Assembly (NCBI GenBank): GCA_963840935.1
Contig: CAWJAS010000002.1
Coordinates: forward strand, 71,333 to 135,332
Length of the DNA: 64,000 nucleotides
From: Candidatus Magasanikiibacteriota bacterium
Lineage (GTDB): Bacteria; Patescibacteriota; Patescibacteriia; Magasanikbacterales; GWA2-37-8
Reading direction: 5' to 3'
The position numbers were made by a program, and so were the translations under genes. Below are positions 32,701-42,252 of this stretch, in pieces (the stretch's first letter is position 1; each line of letters opens with the position of its first letter). The notes beneath the pieces were generated by a model. That model was not told where the DNA came from and ran no database searches. It saw only the letters and a list, made by a program, of their open reading frames with translations.

Positions 32701-35700
32701 ACAATCGTTCCGCCATAGCCCGCATCATTAAAAAACTGCATTTCTGTGGATGCTCCATTCCCGGCCGATAAATTTGCCAAACGAATTCCTGAATCTGTGT
32801 TTGAAGAAAATTCAATGTCAAGAATGTGATATGAAAGCGGGTCGGCCATGCCCGGAGTTGATGTGCCAATACCAATTTTTCCTTCATTTGTAATAACCAT
32901 TCTTTCGGTGCCGGCAGACATAAATCTTATCCAATCCTCATCAGGAGATGATTCGACGGAAACAACAGTATCACCATCCGAATCTTGAATATAGGTACTG
33001 GTACTTCCGCCCATCACCGGCATACCATTCCAATATAATTGACCCGAATTATTATAAAGCGCGTAAGCGGTATTTGCCGGAGTACCACTAACAATATTGA
33101 TACCACCGACAACGCTCAAAGCGTTCAATGGCGTGGTGGTGCCAATACCGATAAACCCACTTGAAGCGACAAAAAGAGAGCTTGTCGGCGACCAGGCAGA
33201 TCCATCCCAATAAATAGTTTGACCAGCAAGTGTTCCATAATTTACCGGGGTCAAAATTGTTCCGTTAACCCTGTAATTACCGGTAAGATTAACATCGCCT
33301 TGAACGGTTAACTTGTGCGATGGGGTTGAGGTGCCAATACCAATACGGTCATTTGATCCGTCTACAAATAATAAATTTGAATCACCGGCGCCTTGAACAA
33401 TAAAATTATAATTTCCGCTTGAAGTATTGAACACGGCCCCGCCTTTTACAAGCATTTGGGTATTGAATCCGTCAAGCATCATGACTTTGTTATCAGTGAC
33501 ATTACTTTTTCCGTCTCCGGTATCATTATTTTGGAACGCAAAAATTAGATTGGCGTCAGCTCCGCCTCTGGCAATCGCCCATCCGCGTAAACTTGATGTT
33601 GTGCCGAAATCATTTGTATCACTGTATAAAAACAATGCCGCCCCCGCATCACGACTTCCGCTCATTGCCGATAACTTTGCCCAGCTACTAGTCGCTTGCA
33701 CGCCAAGCATAGTTTGCTCTCCAGCATTATCGTTAATAAACAATAAACCGCTGTTATCATAGTAATCTGACCGATAAGCCAATTTCGGCAATAAAGCTTG
33801 CCCGGTGTCAACTTTAATAATGTCTTGGTCGATATTATCATGCCGGCCGAACAGCACCGTTCCTTCTTCTTCAGCTAAAGCGTAAAAATATACATTATCA
33901 GGATTGTTTATATTAATATCAGCACTAGAAAAAGCTCCATCACTTGAAGAGATGTTAATTGTTGAATCATCATTTTGATCGATATTTAAAGTTAAGGCTT
34001 TTTGAAGATAACTGGCTGTAACTTTTGTAATAGAATTATTATTGCTAACAATATTGTTATCCAACCCCCACATATTCGAATAGCGAATTTCCGCATATGA
34101 ATCATCGCCGGCAATATATAAACCCGTACCACTATCATTATATGAACCAAACTCACTGCCTACCATATAAAATTCCGAGGCTCCCGTAGTACTGTCAACA
34201 TAGGCGTAATAGGTATCTGATTCTTCCATATAAGACGCTTCGATTTGCAGGATGCCACCATTATCAATATATACCCCTGCATTACCAATATCATATAAAT
34301 CCATGTGAAAAGCATCCACGAGGTTTGTAACAGATAAATCAATACCTCGATTAACGCTTAAAATTGATACTCGTTCCAACTCCATCCAATTAACGCCTTC
34401 GCTAGTAATATTTATTGCATCACAACCGGCGGTATTTTTGAATCCTGTGGTATCCGAACCATCGATTGAAAAATTAGACATTGAAAATTTAACAGTGTCA
34501 GTAGTGAAATTAATGTCAAAAACCGGATCTCCGGCAGTCACCAATGAATCACCTGGAACAATCACAACTCCGCTTTGCGAAATACCATGAATACCTTTGA
34601 TTTTTGGATTGGTAATTTCCAAAGTAGAAGTCACTTCGTATTCGCCCGGATAAATATGTATAACAACATCGTATGTTGAAGTATTCGCATAATCAATCGC
34701 GTCCATCAGATTGTCAAAATCCCCGCCTTCTTTGGCAACATTGATGGTGTGATTAATTTTGCCATAAACATCCGCCCAATCACCACCCAAATGTTTAAAT
34801 TGAATCCGACCGTTATTATCTCTAAAACCATAACCTACCGTGCCGGTCGCCGTGTCAAAATTTAAATATCTATCCTCGCCCGACAAAATAATATCGCCAT
34901 AAACATCCAATTTCGCCAATGGTGAAGAAGTACCGATACCTACAAAACCATTAGATTCAATTCTCATTCTCTCAACCGAGGTAGTCGGGCCCTCGTCGCC
35001 ACCGACATAAAAAATTATATTATTAGTATCTCCAACAGCGGCAAGAGCAATGCCCCTCGCCATGTCAAAAGTAGCTAAGGTTAAATAACCAGCCATGTTG
35101 GTATAGCCATCCTGACTAAAATTACTTGAAGGCATCATTAAAGCGCCACTAACATCATCCACTTGCAAAGTTATCATCACCGCTGAACTGGCGCTATTTA
35201 CCGTATTTTCAAATCGAGCTTCCGCCCAATCATCTATACTATGAACAAAATGTAAGGGGGCCAGCGGGGTGGAAGTGCCAATGCCTAAATAACCATTGGT
35301 ATTATCCCAATACAACGAACTTGTTCCTGTAATCGATGAAGCGCTGTCCCAAAAAGAAAGCTGACCGATCGAACCGGAACCGGTCACTCCTCCGATTCCC
35401 GCGGTTAAAGATAACCAACTTGAGCCGATATAACCAATAAAATCAGAACCATCAAAAGCAATGGTTCCGGCGGTCGATGTGGGAGTGGTTGTGGCACCAA
35501 TATTTATTCCACCGGCAACAGTTAGCATTTCAAAAGTTGAACTGGTGCCAATTGCCACTCGTCCGTCATTTTCGATTCGCATTCTTTCTGTGTCCATGGT
35601 CGGCGGACCATAGCCACCGGCATAAAAAATAATATTTCCGCTAGAACCGGCAAGCAAGGCAAGTCCATTGCCACTGGCGCCTGGAAATCCTGAAACTAAA

Positions 35701-37745
35701 GCGGTGTATCCGGCTAAATTTGTTAAACCATAATCGTTAAAATTTTCACCCGCGACGCCAATGCCACCACCATAATTGCCAACTTTAAACTGCATCAATT
35801 CAGTCGAACTCGCTCCGTTATTTATATTTTCAAAAGTTACAAGCGGACCATTATAATTTTCATTATGAACCACATGTAAATTATACCCCGGTGTTGTTGT
35901 GCCAATACCTACACGTCCGCCAAAATAATTGGTTGAACTGGCGCCATCCGAATAAATATTAAAATTGGAAGTAGTGGCAAAATTTTGTTCTTCAATGTAT
36001 AGACCATACAAATTACCAATAGTCCCTGAGGCGCTATTGCTTGTCGGATTATTTATTCTCGCACCATAAGCATTATTAATAAATCCATCGTCAATAGTGA
36101 TGTTTGTCATTAATCCGGCGGCATTTCCAATTGTACCTCCACCTATACCATTTTCAATCATTGCCAAAACACCGGCTGCCATATTTATGGTACCGGAATA
36201 GGCAGAATTCTCTATCCCATTATTCACCTGTCCGGCTGCGCCTACAGCAAAATTTATACTGCCGGTCGCGCTGGCTAATTCCGCGACCGATAAAGAACCA
36301 ACGGCCGCTCCAACAACTCCGGAACCATTGTGTATTGCTTGTAACAATGTTCCAGCGAGCAAATCAAAACTGGTAGTGCTATTTTCATTGGTCGTCAAAG
36401 AGATCAAGGAATTGATAGTGGATGATGAGTCAGCTGTCGGCAACAAATCAACAATAAAGGCGTGCGCAGGAAAAAATTCAAAATTTGAAAGATCTGTGTA
36501 TTGTTTATAGGAAACTAAAATAGGAGCATCGGTTGGGAATAAATAAGCATCACCCAAACGTAAATTACTTGCTGATGTAGTGGCCAATGTGGAAGTGCCT
36601 GTAACAGATAGGTCATTATTAATGGCCAGCGCGCCTGTCATGGTATCCCCCGTAATATTCACCCAATTATCTGTTCCCGTAGCCATAAAACTAGAGCTGG
36701 AAAATCCGCTTCCGAGCAAGCTTGTTCCGTTGAACCAAACAAATTCGTATGGCGAAAAAGATGAGGCATTTGTACCCCCATTGGCAATCGGTAAAACTCC
36801 CGATACATCAGAAGTCAAATCAATGGTAGTAGTGCTCCAAACTCCGGCGGTTAATCTGACAAGACCATCCCAGCCGGAAGTATCCTGACCTGTCCCGCCA
36901 TATGCCGGTGCGATAACCGAGCCATTCCAAGTGCCCGAGGCGATCGTGCCAAAATATGAATTACCAACTACAGTTAAATTGCTCGTCAAATAGAGATTTG
37001 TGCCTGTGGCACTGGTCCAAGAAATATCGGTAAAAGAAGAAGCGCCGGAAATAATCAAATTACTTATTGTGGCAGTGGCAAAAGTGGAATTACCGGAAAC
37101 ATAAAGATTGCCCGCGATACTCGATGTGGCAGTGGTTGATGTTAAATTTATTGATGCGCCTGAATAAACTCCCGCGCCAATATCAAAACTCAAATCATCG
37201 CCAAGTGCCAAGAGCTGACCGGCAGTTGCCGTTGAAGTGGCGTGGAATCCATCCACTCTGTGTGAATTCAAAGCATACGGATGGGCGTTCAATTTAACTC
37301 TGGGGCTTGATTCCGAATTGCTTTCAATTTTCACTCCCAAATAATATGTCCCGCTGGAAAAATCCAGATAACTCGGGAAGCCCGTGCAATCGCCCAAAGT
37401 TAAAGTGAAATATCCTTGTGCGTCTGGCAAAATTTCTGCGCACGCCCCACTGCTTTGGTCATAAGTTTCTTTCCAAAGTAAAGGTCCGTTTTGATCGGGC
37501 GTGTCGCCGGAAGAACCATTTGAGATGTGATTGTAAATTGAAAACTGTATGGTTGTGGAAACGGCAATTGGCGAGCCCAAATTATCACGCAATCTCGCTT
37601 GATAATTTATTGAATTAGGGATGGCGATTGCTTTTTCAGCTAAAAAAAAGATAAGAAAAACAAAAAATAAAAGCAATATTTTTTTTACTTCCTTTACTTT
37701 GTCCTTAAAATTAGGACCAAAATTGTATTTCGCCCTCCAGTGCAT
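26757..37745 (-). CDS. Giant (3662 aa) secreted fibre/adhesin-like protein
   Basis: Signal peptide, INYQARLRD N-domain, many GxVGIGT(T/S)TP repeats, two beta-helix entry motifs (PGEYE, PGTYNE), PPC-like domain, coiled coil, acidic EEP tail. Confidence 0.85.
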   Translation of the reverse strand: MHWRAKYNFGPNFKDKVKEVKKILLLFFVFLIFFLAEKAIAIPNSINYQARLRDNLGSPIAVSTTIQFSIYNHISNGSSGDTPDQNGPLLWKETYDQSSGACAEILPDAQGYFTLTLGDCTGFPSYLDFSSGTYYLGVKIESNSESSPRVKLNAHPYALNSHRVDGFHATSTATAGQLLALGDDLSFDIGAGVYSGASINLTSTTATSSIAGNLYVSGNSTFATATISNLIISGASSFTDISWTSATGTNLYLTSNLTVVGNSYFGTIASGTWNGSVIAPAYGGTGQDTSGWDGLVRLTAGVWSTTTIDLTSDVSGVLPIANGGTNASSFSPYEFVWFNGTSLLGSGFSSSSFMATGTDNWVNITGDTMTGALAINNDLSVTGTSTLATTSASNLRLGDAYLFPTDAPILVSYKQYTDLSNFEFFPAHAFIVDLLPTADSSSTINSLISLTTNENSTTSFDLLAGTLLQAIHNGSGVVGAAVGSLSVAELASATGSINFAVGAAGQVNNGIENSAYSGTINMAAGVLAMIENGIGGGTIGNAAGLMTNITIDDGFINNAYGARINNPTSNSASGTIGNLYGLYIEEQNFATTSNFNIYSDGASSTNYFGGRVGIGTTTPGYNLHVVHNENYNGPLVTFENINNGASSTELMQFKVGNYGGGIGVAGENFNDYGLTNLAGYTALVSGFPGASGNGLALLAGSSGNIIFYAGGYGPPTMDTERMRIENDGRVAIGTSSTFEMLTVAGGINIGATTTPTSTAGTIAFDGSDFIGYIGSSWLSLTAGIGGVTGSGSIGQLSFWDSASSITGTSSLYWDNTNGYLGIGTSTPLAPLHFVHSIDDWAEARFENTVNSASSAVMITLQVDDVSGALMMPSSNFSQDGYTNMAGYLTLATFDMARGIALAAVGDTNNIIFYVGGDEGPTTSVERMRIESNGFVGIGTSSPLAKLDVYGDIILSGEDRYLNFDTATGTVGYGFRDNNGRIQFKHLGGDWADVYGKINHTINVAKEGGDFDNLMDAIDYANTSTYDVVIHIYPGEYEVTSTLEITNPKIKGIHGISQSGVVIVPGDSLVTAGDPVFDINFTTDTVKFSMSNFSIDGSDTTGFKNTAGCDAINITSEGVNWMELERVSILSVNRGIDLSVTNLVDAFHMDLYDIGNAGVYIDNGGILQIEASYMEESDTYYAYVDSTTGASEFYMVGSEFGSYNDSGTGLYIAGDDSYAEIRYSNMWGLDNNIVSNNNSITKVTASYLQKALTLNIDQNDDSTINISSSDGAFSSADININNPDNVYFYALAEEEGTVLFGRHDNIDQDIIKVDTGQALLPKLAYRSDYYDNSGLLFINDNAGEQTMLGVQATSSWAKLSAMSGSRDAGAALFLYSDTNDFGTTSSLRGWAIARGGADANLIFAFQNNDTGDGKSNVTDNKVMMLDGFNTQMLVKGGAVFNTSSGNYNFIVQGAGDSNLLFVDGSNDRIGIGTSTPSHKLTVQGDVNLTGNYRVNGTILTPVNYGTLAGQTIYWDGSAWSPTSSLFVASSGFIGIGTTTPLNALSVVGGINIVSGTPANTAYALYNNSGQLYWNGMPVMGGSTSTYIQDSDGDTVVSVESSPDEDWIRFMSAGTERMVITNEGKIGIGTSTPGMADPLSYHILDIEFSSNTDSGIRLANLSAGNGASTEMQFFNDAGYGGTIVLTGSNFAGFPNADSVFGIAASGGNDLFMASLGGDIRMMTQNNLLYGSSSLFIQGSGANEGFVGINTSNPLSQLDVYGNIMLSAIDPYINFGTTTASSGFGFRVNNGLVEVKHLNNNQNVWSEIITLVALTEGNTIYVSDTSGKDNFDGTSPAKAKKTIAAGIAAASSSATMEDPYLVVIAPGTYNENVVMADYMKVQGSGCNTIINGKVTFDMATGSALADIDVKNTNDYAVEMTGSGQATLKNVIAEATFTNDAAVQAVVYVDNGTFESSGQSEFKLTRSNNAAGVRVNTAFYISGSNLVRANIFGADNVITTYDGTDDLSLVYVDNTNSGSVITIKDPIITFPIYSFAPANSIKIVYHNSASANTYLDAGFVTGITIAAGSANVFPAYITNSGASSGARITHTSFSWAGAGFADSNVFLGAATDDNDNIVLVSNHFNTTADVFPIRYDTAGASGTLDYFIENGHGNLQNTAFSTYDGSFGIGTSTPYDRLEIWGDDLSSSPTSSRNYITIVANGNGEAGNYIRRVNSGSYDNGWSWYMPTSSLDLRLWDDSIGAEGDDVFTIQAGTGHVGIGTALYEPLNLLHVDGGLYLGDTATATSTYSLYNSAGDLYWNGNLLASAGGATANWQLVSHNGLDVLTTSSTLPVWFKDIIFASSSLYVDGVASLATTTMTLASANYLVVANSVTTTDLVATGYITLGGVARNTWPSGGGGDSSWATTTASVLYPSLIPPYAVVVGGSVTSSDVIFEVVGDSYMSGDLEVGGSLTIDENFQADYFTAVSTTAISYLGGGMVLGDPSATGITGYERIILSDDIGAFSDFSFKVAGNGYPMFNLGSSGGTTAVPALTANNNNLGGLDFYGYDGSAWQKAGGIIGQADGTPALNSMPGKIVFSTTPNGSTTALERMAIDSRGWVGMGTTTPSAPLHVVTATSGPAMTILQKTIAGATNLNFVTNNNRYWQLSKRDATQDDKFIFYYVNDSGLFTNILTLGATGTVGINNENPNAMLTISGTSTYPLLNIMTSSSATGMYISNIGNVGIGTTDPNYFKLRVYDEDNNVSAEVKTASSSKVALFNLKAGGDTNVLQLGYYGSTTPGFAGIPPDSAVFDAVAPGGAYIINEASGAPIVFMTDGWQASNERMRITSDGFVGIGTKTPSTTLSVNGTSTMKNVVPASSLAYDLGNFERNWNRVWATLYNINNQNSLAAIKSTASFGPTSTSINGSLDITDPDNPNRTGRYMDAYNIATIFPGIPNGSSMTVSLTSVAFDAYLQVVSDTGTVTYFDDDGGTGTNSYLAFVYDASSTYNIVVTSYYAGETGAYTLDVTAVNSPVDAGLAFYDTINGGGNNLLTMLNSGNIGIGTSTPNSVLTIYSDKEEMASIISSSTGQTLLEAKNLSQNFGMSLETGALIQRNAYFGEEFMRNRANIGADTNWAWGDFQQFTTDENTVCTWSNINNEVNGIGRQQAGAGSSCLAYYASALATAHNVFNVNNLPVILSKIRPSADSATALFWVGIGDRAQAQTTDPTNGIYFTNNTATGDWRGVTRRAGASTNVECTGQTVNNTVFAVTKIEVVSSNGDGTGSVKFYVDNDTSNGIDWTYCGESTTNVPTVGLTALLMNYSTALHYLDIDYWRVWQDDSSEPLGPPALVFEEEEEVEEELTIEERVAILEEFDTNITDDFELITDSVDVLDVSLSETQAMLDELSGRVSILENNDILADQSIVDLSNMMTDFDLRLSELASSSAGLQLIDEVFESLTANILVIYDSAIFNGTLTAKKHVTFGEDTVGQGMILAGHASTTVIFAEPYEIAPIINITPIDFDGKWKLSEVSTSGFKIMLSEIQSVDVLFNWQAIGASTDSKVFVSDGTVNLIGLQIDYVPEPVPEEPVIEEPSSEEPVVEEPVVEEPTPIEEPATEDEPIVEEPVTEESPITEEPVVEDPISEEPAPTEEPVVEEPVVEEPVVEEEPVVEEPTPAEEPVAEPPAEPPIE
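26760..27090 (-). repeat. Degenerate coding repeat (EEPVV-type units)
   Basis: Recurrent GGTTC(T/C)TCGAC(A/G)AC units on the plus strand. Confidence 0.85.
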
Positions 37746-37846
37746 AAAATTGTATCTTTATTATAGCACAAAATTGAATTTATTTGTTGCTATTAAAATA
37801 AAAAACTGTGGATAAAATCCACAGCTCAAAAAAACTAAAAAAAGAA

Positions 37847-38566
37847 TCAAGGATTGACGAGTGCGGTTATAGTAATCATGCCGGAATATACCCCTGTCAT
37901 TTGTGACACTGGGGCTGAAACACGATAACCGATAACAGTATTAGACAAGCCAAAATTACATGAGGCACAATTCATAAATTGTTGCATTAACAATGGAAAA
38001 CCGGCATATTTTGCGGTTCCCGAAGTGTCGCTTGCTCCCCACCAAGCACTATCGTAATATGAATCGGAGCCGGTTTGCCAAACTCTAAAACTCAAATTAT
38101 CACCCGGCGAACTGGTGGCATTGCCGGAACCCGTCGGATTCCAATCAATCTCATCCGGAAAAGCAACATCCGGAGAAGACGAGCCATTCATGTTCAAAGT
38201 CGAAGTGGTGTCTTCGCGATTTACTGATAAATTATAGCCATTATAAGCGCCGACCATATCAACTGTGGCTGTTGAAAAAGCGAATGAAGGCACAAGCGGA
38301 ACAATAATACCAAAATCAACGCTGGTTGCAATAGTTAACGTCATCATTCCAAATTCAATAACAAGACCGTGATCCAAAATAAAATTTGAACTGGCGGAAC
38401 GGCCTACCGCCGGGTCGCCAACACCGCCCTTTATTTCAAAACCGGATGATGTGGCGTCGTGATATGTGGAATTGTAAACTTCCCTATCGGCGGTATTTGC
38501 GTGAGCTATTGATACGGTCAATAAAAAAATAATTCCTACTATCAAAAAATATCTTTTATGAAACAT
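37847..38566 (-). CDS. Secreted WxL-like beta protein
   Basis: Signal peptide; GYNLSV motif and C-terminal GVYSGMITITALVNP; paralog of 38723-39355. Confidence 0.6.
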   Translation of the reverse strand: MFHKRYFLIVGIIFLLTVSIAHANTADREVYNSTYHDATSSGFEIKGGVGDPAVGRSASSNFILDHGLVIEFGMMTLTIATSVDFGIIVPLVPSFAFSTATVDMVGAYNGYNLSVNREDTTSTLNMNGSSSPDVAFPDEIDWNPTGSGNATSSPGDNLSFRVWQTGSDSYYDSAWWGASDTSGTAKYAGFPLLMQQFMNCASCNFGLSNTVIGYRVSAPVSQMTGVYSGMITITALVNP

Positions 38567-38722
38567 ATATCTTTATTATACCTAAAAATAGATGTAACAA
38601 CAAATAAGCTACAATTTTAATTAACTGTGGATAACTTTAACAATGATAAATATCATTATTTATGCTATAATTAAATTGGATTATATTTAATTATTCTATT
38701 AATTAATTTTATATACAATACT

Positions 38723-39355
38723 ATGAGGAGGATACTCTCATCATTAGTGTTAGTCGCGTTATTTTGCGCAACAATTGGCATTTTGGGTTTAGCCAACCTA
38801 AAACCGGCGATTGCCGCAAGCGATTCTGACACTCAAACAATTATCTTGACGGTTACGTCAACGATAACTTTAACTTTGGCTACCACTACCGTGAATATGG
38901 GTACTCTAACCCCGGGAGTGCCAATTTTTGCCGGTACTTCATTAACGGTTACGACCAATGATTACAACGGTTGGAATTTGCAAGTAAGAAGAGATGACGC
39001 CACTTCAACGCTTAATTTGAACGGAACCTCAACACCTGATGTTACTTTTCCGGACGCCACTGCTTGGACTTATGCCACGCCAAATTCGAGCGCCACTCCG
39101 GGAGCTAATTTATCTTTCAGATTAATGGATACAGGTACTGACGTGGCTTTGGTTTCAACCACTCTTTGGGGCGCGGATGCAGGCACAAAACTTTGGGCCG
39201 GTTTCCCAACATCCAACCAACAGGTAACTGGAATTGGCAGTTATGTGGGCGCAACGCAAAATGTTGCCTATGAATTCAGAGCCGATGCTCCGGGAACTCA
39301 GCAGTCTGGTGTTTATTACGGCGATATTACCTTTACCGCGATTACAAATCCATAA
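38723..39355 (+). CDS. Secreted WxL-like beta protein
   Basis: Signal peptide; GWNLQV motif and C-terminal GVYYGDITFTAITNP. Confidence 0.65.
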   Translation: MRRILSSLVLVALFCATIGILGLANLKPAIAASDSDTQTIILTVTSTITLTLATTTVNMGTLTPGVPIFAGTSLTVTTNDYNGWNLQVRRDDATSTLNLNGTSTPDVTFPDATAWTYATPNSSATPGANLSFRLMDTGTDVALVSTTLWGADAGTKLWAGFPTSNQQVTGIGSYVGATQNVAYEFRADAPGTQQSGVYYGDITFTAITNP

Positions 39356-39364
39356 TTTAATTTT

Positions 39365-40312
39365 ATGCGGAGAGCAAAACTCACAATCGGCATTGCCCTC
39401 CTTTTAGCCGGAATAATTAGTTTAGTAAAAATAGAAGCTGCCTTTGCGCAGCTTTCTATTTCTACTTACCCACTTTCGGTTAAAGGGCAAATAGACCCAG
39501 GACAAACATTCGAGGGAACGGTCAATATTATTAATTCAAGCGAAAATGAATCAGTAAAAATTCGTTTGGAAAAAGAAAATTTAATGGGGGGAGCCGAGGG
39601 GGCGGTTGAACTCTTAGGGGAAGTTGATACGGGCTGGGGAATTTCTTCCTGGGTCAAATTTGAAGATGATAGTGATTTTATTTTAGAACCCAAAGAAAGA
39701 CGAGCTGTTAATTTTTCAATTGAAGTGCCTCTTGACGCTCAACCGGGCGGACATTTTGGCGCCGTACTTTTCCGAGCTTTACCCGCGGATGAAAAAGAAA
39801 ATACCGAAAGTGGCATAAGCGTCAGTGGAAGAGTCGGGTCTGTACTTTTGTTTGAAGTAACTGGGGACATAAACAAAGGCGCTCACATATCATGGATTGA
39901 TGTGCCAAAGTTTTTGAGCCATGGTCCGGTTGATGTTAGATTCAAATTAAAAAATGATGGTAATTCATATTTCACGCCCATTGGTAATGTTACGTACAAA
40001 AATCTTTGGATGAAAAATGAAGCAGAATTTTATAATCCCGGAAAAGCTGAAACTGATTTAAACAAGCCGGGAGTAGTATTCCCCGGTTATGACCGAACAT
40101 ACGCATCAAAATGGGACAAAAAATACATGTTCGGCCCTGTCAAAATTACTATTAACGCTCAAATGGAGGAAGGTGGCCCGGAAATCGCTTCAAAATCAAT
40201 TATTATCTGGGTTTTCCCATGGCAAGAAGCTTTAATTATTTTGGCGGTAATTTTGTTGTTATGGATCATTACCAGGGCATTTAAAACCAAATACAAAATT
40301 GTTAAAGTTTAA
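39365..40312 (+). CDS. DUF916/WxL-interacting-like membrane-anchored protein
   Basis: VPLDAQPGGHFGAVLF, LKNDGNSYFTPIG, C-terminal TM helix plus basic tail. Confidence 0.65.
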   Translation: MRRAKLTIGIALLLAGIISLVKIEAAFAQLSISTYPLSVKGQIDPGQTFEGTVNIINSSENESVKIRLEKENLMGGAEGAVELLGEVDTGWGISSWVKFEDDSDFILEPKERRAVNFSIEVPLDAQPGGHFGAVLFRALPADEKENTESGISVSGRVGSVLLFEVTGDINKGAHISWIDVPKFLSHGPVDVRFKLKNDGNSYFTPIGNVTYKNLWMKNEAEFYNPGKAETDLNKPGVVFPGYDRTYASKWDKKYMFGPVKITINAQMEEGGPEIASKSIIIWVFPWQEALIILAVILLLWIITRAFKTKYKIVKV

Positions 40313-40331
40313 CACGGCCGACACAATAATC

Positions 40332-41348
40332 ATGAAAAAATTAATCAGTATTTTTTCAAATTTTATTGAAATGCGGATTTTAGTTTACATCGGCATTTTT
40401 ATTGTTGGCATTGTTTTGCCAATTGCTGTGTTTGGTGTTACTTCACAACAAAATATAAATATCCAAGTCAGTTCATCAGTTCCATATAACCATTGTGTTG
40501 ACGGAATAAAAAACTACGATGAAACCGGCGTGGATTGCGGGGGTACCATGTGTTCCGCTTGTAGCGGAGGTGGAGGCGGGGGCGGAGGTGGAGGCGGAAT
40601 TACACTCTATTCTTCGGTCGCTTTTTCTGGAAAAACTGCTCCCGGTTCATCAGTAAAAATTCTTAAAGGTGGAATTTTAACCTCAAGTGTTTTATCAAAT
40701 CTTAACGGTGATTTTTCTGCTTCTATCAGATATCTTACCGCAGGAACATACAATTTTATAATATATTATGAGGATGCAACGGGTAAAAAAAGCGCCTCTG
40801 TAACTTTTAATATAACTGTCAACCAAAATCAAAATATTACTATAAATAATATTTTACTACCGCCAACTTTATCTATTGATAAGACGCAAATAAAAGAGAA
40901 CGAAACAATTAAAATATTTGGCCAAAGTGCGCCAAATTCTCAAATCACGATTTATCTTACGCCTTTGATCGGAAACCCGACGACAACCCTTAACACTAAC
41001 GCTAATCAAATCGGGGTGTATGAATATCTTTTTAACGGCCAATTACAATTAGGCCAATACGCGGTCAAAGCAAAAGCAAAACTCGGGGAACTGACAAGCG
41101 AATATTCTTTACTTCAAAATTTTTCCGTCGGAACTTCAACCATAGAAAAACCCACAGGCATTTGCCCACAAAAAGGCGACGTTAATTATGATTGCCGAGT
41201 CAACTTAGTTGATTTTTCAATTACCGCTTATTGGTTCAGACGAACAATTAGTCCTGAATTTATTATTATTGAAAATGACCAATTAAGCGGGGACAGTAAG
41301 ATAGACTTGGTTGATTTTTCTATTCTCGCTTATTATTGGACCGGTTAA
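40332..41348 (+). CDS. Secreted Ig-like protein with C-terminal dockerin-like (EF-hand) domain
   Basis: GDVNYDCRVNLVDFSI...GDSKIDLVDFSILAYYW duplicated Ca-binding motif; CxDGxxNxDETGVDCGG motif; poly-Gly linker. Confidence 0.75.
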   Translation: MKKLISIFSNFIEMRILVYIGIFIVGIVLPIAVFGVTSQQNINIQVSSSVPYNHCVDGIKNYDETGVDCGGTMCSACSGGGGGGGGGGGITLYSSVAFSGKTAPGSSVKILKGGILTSSVLSNLNGDFSASIRYLTAGTYNFIIYYEDATGKKSASVTFNITVNQNQNITINNILLPPTLSIDKTQIKENETIKIFGQSAPNSQITIYLTPLIGNPTTTLNTNANQIGVYEYLFNGQLQLGQYAVKAKAKLGELTSEYSLLQNFSVGTSTIEKPTGICPQKGDVNYDCRVNLVDFSITAYWFRRTISPEFIIIENDQLSGDSKIDLVDFSILAYYWTG

Positions 41349-41352
41349 AAAT

Positions 41353-42252
41353 ATGAAAAAATCTTTTTTATTTTTTGTTTTTATAATTTCCGCTTTATTA
41401 TTTTTTTCAACCCCCGCGAAAGCGGCTGATTTTTTATTTAATCCTCATAATATTGAGATTAGCAGAAATGATGAAATAAAAATTGATTTTTTTGTTGACG
41501 CTAATGAAAATCCCATAAACGCCATAAGCGGACAACTTATTATACCGACTGATTATATTTTTATTAAAAATATTATTATCGGCGAAAGCGGTGTTAATTT
41601 ATGGATTGAGAAACCGGAACTGAATAATAATATTATTAATTTTTCCGGTATTGTACCGAACGGTTTTGTCGGCAAAATTAATATTTTTTCCTTCATAATA
41701 AAGGCAAAAAAAATTGGTATTGTTCAAATTGACCAGAGTAATTTTCGCGCTCTTATTAATAACGGCATCGGTACCGATGATAATGTAGACGCCCCAAAAC
41801 TCACCATCAACATAATCCAGGAAACCGCTGAAATACCGACCGAAATTATTTTGGAAGATACGGAACCGCCGGATATTTTTCAAATTGAAATTATAAAGGA
41901 CGACCTTTTGTTTGATGGGAAATATGCCTTAATTTTTCATACCGAAGATAAGCAAAGTGGCATTAGTCATTATAAAATTTTGGAGCAAAGACAGTATGAA
42001 TTTTTTGGGATTAAATACCGCTTCGGCCAATGGAAAACGGCAAACAGTCCATATTTACTCAGCGACCAAAAATTAAAAAGTTTAATAAAAGTTGTCGCTA
42101 TTGATAATCTTAACAATGAACGGGATTCTCTTTTACCCGCAATGAATCCAATAAAATGGTATGAAAATATTATTTTTTGGAGTATAATATTAATAACGCT
42201 GTTTTTTGGCGTGATATTTTGCATATATGTTAAACGGAGGGTTAAAAAATAA
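41353..42252 (+). CDS. Cohesin-like domain protein with C-terminal TM anchor
   Basis: PINAISGQL...LWIEKP..INFSGIVPNGF; EDKQSGISHY Ig motif. Confidence 0.65.
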   Translation: MKKSFLFFVFIISALLFFSTPAKAADFLFNPHNIEISRNDEIKIDFFVDANENPINAISGQLIIPTDYIFIKNIIIGESGVNLWIEKPELNNNIINFSGIVPNGFVGKINIFSFIIKAKKIGIVQIDQSNFRALINNGIGTDDNVDAPKLTINIIQETAEIPTEIILEDTEPPDIFQIEIIKDDLLFDGKYALIFHTEDKQSGISHYKILEQRQYEFFGIKYRFGQWKTANSPYLLSDQKLKSLIKVVAIDNLNNERDSLLPAMNPIKWYENIIFWSIILITLFFGVIFCIYVKRRVKK

